From Candidatus Poseidoniales archaeon (GTDB taxonomy: Archaea > Thermoplasmatota > Poseidoniia > MGIII > CG-Epi1), in NCBI GenBank assembly GCA_045567855.1, contig JBJLCC010000038.1:108-64107 (forward strand): DNA of 64,000 bases. Reading direction: 5' to 3'. This document shows, piece by piece, positions 58,082 to 64,000 of the stretch. Position 1 is the stretch's first letter; the number at the start of each line of letters is the position of its first letter. The notes below the pieces were generated by a model, which was not told the DNA's origin, did not search any database, and saw only the letters and a program-made list of their open reading frames with translations. The position numbers and the translations under genes are program-made.

Positions 58082-59137
58082 CTATTTCCCGCCAGCTTTC
58101 TTGTAAGCCCACTCTGCAGCTTGACAAATATTCCTATCTGCCCCTGTAGTTGTTCTGTTCTTAATTATTGCTAAATGTGGTTTGACCAAAGTAGGTTTGT
58201 TGGATCCAATATATCCTAAAGCCTTAACAACTTCAGTATGAACATACCAATCATCATTCTTCAATACTTTTGCTAATTTAGGAACTGCATGAAAAACAAC
58301 CATTGCATCTTTACTACCAATTCTTCCTACTGCCTTAGCTGAAGCTTTACGTAATTCAGATGATTTACTCTCAATACCTTTAATCAATCCTGGAACTGCA
58401 TCCTTAACTGAATGTGGGTTTGCCAAACCCAACATGCCAATGCAATCTGCAGCTCTTTCCTTTAATTTTTCACCTGAATTAAAAGCTGAGACTACTTCTG
58501 GAGCTAATGCAACGGAAGGTTGTGGATACTTTTTAGCAAATTCAGTCAATAATACTATGGAATGGTAAACTACTCGCCAGTCATCGTCACGAAGAGCATG
58601 TTTCAAAGCCGGAAGGGCAGCTTTAGGTATTGTATTCATAATCTTGGAAAGTGATTTTTGAGTTTGATACCGCACATCCTTATCATCGTCACTTAGCATT
58701 TCGAATAAATCAGCTATAGTATCACTATTATTAGACTTAGATTTTAATGAAAATGTTGTCCAAATATCTACTACTCTGGAACGAACGGAAGGATATGGAC
58801 TATCTAAAGCAGATTGCATACCTTCAAAAATTTCTTTCGCTCTTTTGGGCCTAGCCTTTCTTAGCTCCATTAACCCCTCAATCAACGCTTCTTGTGGAGA
58901 TTCCATCTGATCAGGTAATACTCGAATGAATGAATCTATAATTGGATCAAGCCATTTATCCTCAGTCTGAGCTTGAATAACTAATGCCTTGATTGCAGCA
59001 GCTCTTTGAATCTCCGTACCTGCAGACATCTCAGTAAGGTTTTTTTCTATTCTATTATCTTGGGAACCTCCGCTGGCAGTCTCTGCCCACTGACCTACGG
59101 AATCCTTCAAGTTCTGTAATCTATCCCTGAAACCCAC
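58082..59137 (-). CDS. HEAT-repeat protein (PBS-lyase HEAT-like repeats)
   Basis: 351 aa with a GTG start. It has repeated ~30-aa units with D..W.VR/..A...LG patterns (DDDKDVRYQT, DDDWRVVYHS, SSELRKASAKAVGRIG, NDDWYVHTEVVKALGYIG). It is the first gene of a four-gene spacer-free string. Confidence 0.7.
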   Translation of the reverse strand: MGFRDRLQNLKDSVGQWAETASGGSQDNRIEKNLTEMSAGTEIQRAAAIKALVIQAQTEDKWLDPIIDSFIRVLPDQMESPQEALIEGLMELRKARPKRAKEIFEGMQSALDSPYPSVRSRVVDIWTTFSLKSKSNNSDTIADLFEMLSDDDKDVRYQTQKSLSKIMNTIPKAALPALKHALRDDDWRVVYHSIVLLTEFAKKYPQPSVALAPEVVSAFNSGEKLKERAADCIGMLGLANPHSVKDAVPGLIKGIESKSSELRKASAKAVGRIGSKDAMVVFHAVPKLAKVLKNDDWYVHTEVVKALGYIGSNKPTLVKPHLAIIKNRTTTGADRNICQAAEWAYKKAGGK

Positions 59138-59186
59138 ACTTACCGTATGGGGATGATAGTAATAAACCTCGCCTCAATGAAGGACT

Positions 59187-60452
59187 ATGCCTCAATTGGC
59201 CGAGAAATTCATTAGCGATAATGGCGCAAACATTTACGATAAAGTAAAAATTACCAATAAAGAGCAAACTTTGGAAGGGATTGTTATGCCTAGAAATAAG
59301 TTTTCAGGAGAACATATTATTGTTCTAAAGTTAGACAATGGCTATAATATTGGAGTTTCTACAGAAGATGCTGAAATTAGTATTATTGAAAAGGCAAAGG
59401 AAAAACAAAGTAGTAAACTAGTTAATGAAAAAAATGAAAAATTAAAGGATATAACAATACTTGGAACTGGTGGAACAATAGCTTCTTTTGTAGATTACAA
59501 AACTGGAGCTGTAAGCCCTGCAATAACTGCTGAACAGCTTGTAAATTCTGTCAGCTCATTAAAAGAAATTGCTAATATTGAAGCTGAACCTTTACTATCT
59601 CTAGCCTCTGAAGATATGCAACCTAAACATTGGGAGCAAATGGCTGTTAAAGTTGAAGAAATACATTCAAAGAAAAATCACGGAATTATAATTGGCCATG
59701 GAACAGATACTATGGGCTATTCTGCTGCAGCACTTTCATTCCAATTACCTGAACTATCAAATCCTGTTATTTTTACAGGTTCTCAAAGAAGCCCTGATAG
59801 GCCTTCAAGTGATGCCCACCTGAACTTAGAAGGTGCTGCAAAAGCTGCAATGACTGACTTAGGCGAAGTATCTATTGCTATGCACGAAACTACCGATGAT
59901 CTAAACGTGGCTATCTGGCGAGGCAACAGAACTCGAAAAAATCATTCATCAAAAAGAAATGCTTTTACATCGTTGAATGATGAGCCTATAGGTATTGTGG
60001 GTGAAAATATCGAATGGAAAGGAAAATACAAACCAATTAGCGACAAAACTATTATCCGATCGGGATTTGATGAAAATATAGCTATGGTATGGGCCCATCC
60101 TGGATTTAAAGCTGAAGACTGGGAGAGCACAGTTTCTTCAAAGAAAGGCGTTGTGATAGCTGGCACAGGATTGGGACATATAAACTCAAATTTATTAGAC
60201 TCAATAGGGAAAACGGCTAAAGACATTCCTGTTGCAATGTCTACACAGTGTTTAGCTGGAACTACTAATCTTAATGTTTACAGAAATGGAAGAGAACTTT
60301 TGGAAAAAGGTGTCGTGGAAACATACGATACATTACCCGAAACTTCACTAGTCAAAATGATGTGGCTAACAAAACATGAACCTGATAAAGTAGAAGAATT
60401 AATGGGTAAAAATATCGTTGGTGAATTATCAAACACAAGAAAATTAATTTGA
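59187..60452 (+). CDS. gatD: Glu-tRNA(Gln) amidotransferase subunit D
   Basis: 421 aa with an N-terminal GatD-specific domain, then an asparaginase-like domain containing ILGTGGTIAS, HGTDTMGYSAAALSF and GTGLGH. Confidence 0.9.
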   Translation: MPQLAEKFISDNGANIYDKVKITNKEQTLEGIVMPRNKFSGEHIIVLKLDNGYNIGVSTEDAEISIIEKAKEKQSSKLVNEKNEKLKDITILGTGGTIASFVDYKTGAVSPAITAEQLVNSVSSLKEIANIEAEPLLSLASEDMQPKHWEQMAVKVEEIHSKKNHGIIIGHGTDTMGYSAAALSFQLPELSNPVIFTGSQRSPDRPSSDAHLNLEGAAKAAMTDLGEVSIAMHETTDDLNVAIWRGNRTRKNHSSKRNAFTSLNDEPIGIVGENIEWKGKYKPISDKTIIRSGFDENIAMVWAHPGFKAEDWESTVSSKKGVVIAGTGLGHINSNLLDSIGKTAKDIPVAMSTQCLAGTTNLNVYRNGRELLEKGVVETYDTLPETSLVKMMWLTKHEPDKVEELMGKNIVGELSNTRKLI

Positions 60453-60487
60453 GAAAAGCTCTTTAGACTGCGCTCAATTGTGTTACT

Positions 60488-61603
60488 ATGATTCATTCAC
60501 AATTTGAGAAATTAGCTGATTTGCTAATCAACCATTCTTGCACATTAGGCAAAGGTGAAAAAGTATTGATTGAAGCTTTTGACATTCCTCAAGAAATGGT
60601 AATCGCTACCATTAGAGCTGCACGTAAAGTTGGAGGAATCCCCTTTGTTACTTGGAAAAATAACTTAATTCTAAAAGAACTAATTTCTGATACTACAGAA
60701 GAACATATGGGATTAATGGGCGATGTAGAAAAATTTAGAATGAAGGAAATGGATGCATACATTGGACTTAGAGGAAGTCTCAATATTTCTGAAATGTCTG
60801 ATATTGAATCCGAAAAAATGGCCATTTATCAATCTGAACTTCTACAAAAGGTTCATTTCAAAGAGCGTGTTGCAAACACAAAATGGGTTGTTTTGAGATG
60901 GCCGACACCATCTATGGCTCAACAAGCTAATATGTCTACAGAAGCTTTTGAAAAATTCTACTTCGACGTCTGTTGCTTAGATTATAAGAGGATGGATGAG
61001 GCGATGAAACCATTAGAAAAATTAATGACTGAAGCTGATAAAGTTCACATCAAAGGTCCAGGAACTGATCTAAAGTTTTCAATTAAAGACATTCCAGCAA
61101 TAAGATGCGCTGGTGAACGGAACATTCCTGATGGCGAATGCTTTACAGCTCCAGTAAAAGATTCAGTAGAAGGACACATCCAATTTAATGCTGAAACATT
61201 GTACCACGGTACCGTTTTCAATGATATAAGATTAGAATTTGAAAAAGGTAAGGTTGTTAAAGCAACTGGAAGTGACGAGGAAAAACTGAACTCAATACTT
61301 GATACAGATGAAGGCGGTAGATTCATCGGAGAATTTGCAATTGCCTTTAACCCATACATAACTGAACCAATGAGAGATATTTTGTTTGATGAAAAAATAG
61401 CTGGTAGTTTCCACTTTACTCCCGGAAACGCCTATGATATTGCAGATAACGGAAATAGATCGGATATACACTGGGACATGGTACTAATTCAACGCCCAGA
61501 TTATGGTGGCGGTGAAATCTGGTTTGATGATGTTTTAATTCGAAAAGATGGAATGTTTGTTATTCCTGAACTAAAAGGGCTGAATCCCGAAAATTTGGTA
61601 TAA
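60488..61603 (+). CDS. M29-family aminopeptidase (AmpS/PepS/aminopeptidase T type)
   Basis: 371 aa. [48 protein letters not shown] and IHWDMVL are typical of peptidase M29. Confidence 0.85.
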   Translation: MIHSQFEKLADLLINHSCTLGKGEKVLIEAFDIPQEMVIATIRAARKVGGIPFVTWKNNLILKELISDTTEEHMGLMGDVEKFRMKEMDAYIGLRGSLNISEMSDIESEKMAIYQSELLQKVHFKERVANTKWVVLRWPTPSMAQQANMSTEAFEKFYFDVCCLDYKRMDEAMKPLEKLMTEADKVHIKGPGTDLKFSIKDIPAIRCAGERNIPDGECFTAPVKDSVEGHIQFNAETLYHGTVFNDIRLEFEKGKVVKATGSDEEKLNSILDTDEGGRFIGEFAIAFNPYITEPMRDILFDEKIAGSFHFTPGNAYDIADNGNRSDIHWDMVLIQRPDYGGGEIWFDDVLIRKDGMFVIPELKGLNPENLV

Positions 61604-62730
61604 TGGCGAATGAAAAGAAAATAAATGCAATTGCCGACGCAGAGCAAGCTGGACTATACTATTCTAGTAATACAGAAGAGGGTTTTACTCGTAAAATAGA
61701 AAAAGATGAAACACACACATTTCTAGATTCCAATGGAAAAGAGATTAAAGGAAAAAGAGATCTTAAAAGAATAGAGGAAATGAGAATTCCTCCTGCATGG
61801 ACTGAGGTGTGGATTTGCAAAGAAAAAACTGGCCATCTTCAAGCAACGGGAATAGATGCAAAAGATAGAACTCAATACATTTATCATCCTATTTGGACTC
61901 AGTTAAGAAGTGAAGCTAAATTTGAGAAAATGTCTACTTTTGGAAGAACTTTACCTAAAATAAGAGAAAAATATTTCGAGGATTTAGCTTTTGAAGGCAA
62001 CGGAAAACAACATGATTTGCCTTATGAAAGAGTGATGGCCTTGATAGTTAGATTACTAGATACCACATTTATCAGAATTGGCAATGAAACTTCCAGAGAT
62101 GATAAGGAAAAAGCTACATATGGTTTGTCAACAATGCAAGATGAACATATTGATTTTGAGCCTACTGAAATAACAGACGACCATGATAAGTGGTATGACT
62201 CACAAGTTGGCGGGAAATTTACATTCGTTGGAAAAAGTAATAAGAAACATGAAATTGAGATTAACGATGAAGAAATTCCTGATCTACCAGCATTAGTAAT
62301 GATGTGTAAAGATGCAAAAAAAGGTAAAGGAGATGATTTATTTTTATTCTTTGACGAAGAAGGAAATACTCAAGATGTAAAGGCATACCATGTAAACGAA
62401 TACATCCAAGAAGCGTCTGGCGAGAAATTTACTGCCAAAGACTTCCGAACCTGGGGTGGAACTAAGTTGGCTGCAGAGGAAATAACTCAATTTAAGAAAA
62501 AAGATGATAAAAAACAAAGAAAAAAGAACATTACTAAAATGGTAAAAGGAGTTGCAAAAAAACTAGGAAATACTCCCGCAGTCTGTAGAGGCTCTTATAT
62601 TCATCCTAGATTTATCAATGATTATCTAAAAGGCTCATTCTTTAGGCTATGGAAAGATACCTTAGGTGAGCAAATGTATCCATTAAGCGAAAGCGAGAGT
62701 CACGTTATCAGATACCTAGAAAATAGTTAA
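61603..62730 (+). CDS. topIB: DNA topoisomerase IB, poxvirus/bacterial type
   Basis: 375 aa. IPPAWTEVWICKEKTGHLQATGIDAKDRTQYIYHPIW, LLDTTFIRIGNE, AKDFRTWGGT and LGNTPAVCRGSYIHP (catalytic Tyr in SYIHP) match the compact TopIB family. Its ATG shares 1 nt with the aminopeptidase stop (TAATG). Confidence 0.88.
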   Translation: MANEKKINAIADAEQAGLYYSSNTEEGFTRKIEKDETHTFLDSNGKEIKGKRDLKRIEEMRIPPAWTEVWICKEKTGHLQATGIDAKDRTQYIYHPIWTQLRSEAKFEKMSTFGRTLPKIREKYFEDLAFEGNGKQHDLPYERVMALIVRLLDTTFIRIGNETSRDDKEKATYGLSTMQDEHIDFEPTEITDDHDKWYDSQVGGKFTFVGKSNKKHEIEINDEEIPDLPALVMMCKDAKKGKGDDLFLFFDEEGNTQDVKAYHVNEYIQEASGEKFTAKDFRTWGGTKLAAEEITQFKKKDDKKQRKKNITKMVKGVAKKLGNTPAVCRGSYIHPRFINDYLKGSFFRLWKDTLGEQMYPLSESESHVIRYLENS

Positions 62731-62761
62731 GTTTAAACACCCTAACCACATATGGAAACTA

Positions 62762-62980
62762 ATGGCACTAAATGATTTAACTGATTCAGACAAAAAAGTC
62801 TATGAATATCTTAAATTGAATGATTTTGTTGAAAAACCATGGTCTACTAAGAAGGCTGCAAAAGCTCTGAAAATGAAAGAAAATGATGTTTATGAATCCT
62901 TATCTAATCTAGCTGAGTATATGAGAAATAATATTCATATCCATTATAGAGACGGATCTATTCGAATTGGTGCTAATTAG
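62762..62980 (+). CDS. small winged-helix-like DNA-binding protein
   Basis: 72 aa. DKKVYEYLKLNDFVEKPWSTKKAAKALKMKENDVYESLSNLAEY looks like an HTH/wHTH. It lies 31 nt downstream of topIB. No family recognised. Confidence 0.45.
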   Translation: MALNDLTDSDKKVYEYLKLNDFVEKPWSTKKAAKALKMKENDVYESLSNLAEYMRNNIHIHYRDGSIRIGAN

Positions 62981-62982
62981 TA

Positions 62983-63273
62983 CTAAAGGGTAAAGAGCTG
63001 CCAATCTCCTTTTCCATCTAAATATCCAAGTCTTACACCACAATCTATCCAACCATGTGCATAATTAACTGCCGCAAAAGCATCATCACCTCTACCCTCG
63101 CTTAAAAAAAACTTAGCGTCTGAATGATATGCATTAACCATTCCCAAAATATCCTCTGCCTTAGCATGATTTTCTGTCCCTTCATCTGCAATTATCGAAA
63201 CTTTTGCAGCCGCTTTTGCTGTTAAATCAAGATATTTATTTATTCTTTCAAGAGATACTGAATATTCATTCAT
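62983..63273 (-). CDS. DUF357-like small archaeal protein
   Basis: 96 aa. AEDILGMVNAYHSDAKFFLSEGRGDDAFAAVNYAHGWIDCGVRLGYL matches my recollection of the DUF357 pattern (…A..Y..GwLD.g.rlG). Confidence 0.55.
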   Translation of the reverse strand: MNEYSVSLERINKYLDLTAKAAAKVSIIADEGTENHAKAEDILGMVNAYHSDAKFFLSEGRGDDAFAAVNYAHGWIDCGVRLGYLDGKGDWQLFTL

Positions 63274-63326
63274 AGCTCGCTAAAGAACTCGTTCTTAACT
63301 ATTTGTGCCATAGGAAAACAATTTAT

Positions 63327-63347
63327 TCCCTTACAATATAAGGGAAA
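63327..63347. repeat. 8-bp inverted repeat with 5-nt spacer (TTCCCTTA-CAATA-TAAGGGAA) ending 2 nt before a start codon
   Basis: Read directly. The spacer and right arm contain ATATAA. The ATG of the downstream ORF is at 63350. Confidence 0.6.
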
Positions 63348-63349
63348 TA

Positions 63350-64000
63350 TGAACAGAGGTCTCTCTAACAAAAAAAACATATTAATTGCACTCTTAATTT
63401 GTATACTTTTTTTATTTATTAGCAGTAACTCTTCTGCAGAGGAAATAACTGGAGAACCAGTAGCAGTTCATTTAAATCTTAAAGAAAGTGCTAAATTTTC
63501 TCCAGAAACAAGCGGCGATTTAGAAAGGGTTGCAATTGAAGAAAGACATTCTTCTTACGAAACCAGTTCTCCATTTACTAGAAACAAAGGAGACTGGAAG
63601 AATATGGGAACTTGGGAAAGTGATCCTGTAAATTACGACACTGAAATAAATAATATAATGTTTAATTTATGGTGGGTGGAAGACACAAGTGAAGAAGATT
63701 ATGACGCTGCCTTAGACTTGCAATGGACTGTTTATGTTGATGGAAATGAAATCTATCAGTTTACAGACGAAGACGCAAATCGCGAATGTGATGATTCACA
63801 AGGTGCAAGTAAAGATGAACCATGCGAATACGTAGCAACACCAAATACTGACCTAAGTACGACCCTAACTACTGGTCAACAACTTTCTGTGAAAGCTGAA
63901 ATGAAAGCTTTTCAATCAATTTACATATATTATGATAATTTCACTAGAGACTCTGGTATGAAAGTTCTTTCAAATGCCATAATTTTTGGTAACACTGGAA
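63350..64000 (+). CDS. secreted protein, N-terminal 217 codons (continues beyond the right edge)
   Basis: Not in the ORF track because it is edge-truncated. Hand translation gives MNRGLSNKKNILIALLICILFLFISSNSSAEEITGEPVAVHLNLKES...LWWVEDTSEEDYDAALDLQWTVYVDGNEIYQF... The frame is open to position 64000. A signal peptide is present; no family recognised. Confidence 0.65.

Noticed and set aside
58082-59137. HEAT-repeat protein as a deoxyhypusine hydroxylase (DOHH) homologue, which would fit the translation-factor-modification theme of the operon
   Set aside because: DOHH has four conserved His-Glu metal-binding pairs in its HEAT repeats. I find no HE dipeptides in this sequence (only VHTEV).

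Overview
All calls rest on reading the supplied ORF translations, hand translation and hand-counted coordinates; no database search was run.

This is a low-GC, very gene-dense chromosomal segment. Gaps are mostly under 100 nt, and many genes share 1-8 nt start/stop overlaps.

**Organism.** The segment is clearly archaeal. It carries the conserved eS19-eL39-eL31-aIF6 cluster, aIF2-beta, GatD, TrmY, Dph6, Cgi121, a fibrillarin-like methyltransferase and Top6B. These sit among bacterial-type genes (GyrA, GyrB, TopA, PurH, an OPT transporter, a ThiBPQ importer) and PKD-domain lipoproteins. The mix resembles a planktonic marine Thermoplasmatota-like (MG-II/III-like) euryarchaeon, but that assignment is inference only.

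**What I call.** About 64 CDS, including three missing from the ORF track:
- edge-truncated gyrA at 1..1301
- the 51-aa eL39 gene at 2885..3040
- an edge-truncated secreted protein at 63350..64000

There are also two tRNAs with encoded CCA (Thr-GGU, Gly-UCC) and one coding 36-nt tandem repeat. I found no rRNA, CRISPR array, transposase, integrase, phage gene or recognisable defence system.

**No convincing novel system.** I do not see a self-contained novel system, and most of the window is housekeeping.

**Observations worth a second look:**
1. A bacterial-type topoisomerase IA is translationally coupled to a nuclease-less Hef/FANCM-type helicase. The TopA C-terminus has three copies of an unrecognised helical module instead of zinc ribbons.
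2. Five single-base (+1) frame disruptions lie within 1.5 kb: four in alaS and one in the adjacent CoA-binding gene. None is detectable elsewhere in the window.
3. Five topoisomerase genes from four families are present, including a poxvirus/bacterial-type TopIB. gyrA is unlinked to gyrB, and top6B has no adjacent top6A.
4. A 1778-aa Lhr-type helicase carries a very long winged-helix-rich C-terminal half.
5. A spacer-free four-gene operon (HEAT-repeat protein, RlmE, Dph6, GATase) suggests a glutamine-dependent diphthamide amidation step.
6. A surface protein has a cytoplasmic tail of near-perfect proline-rich DNA repeats.
7. Strongly AT-rich gene islets occur, including a DHCR24-like oxidoreductase and a truncated fibrillarin-like gene.
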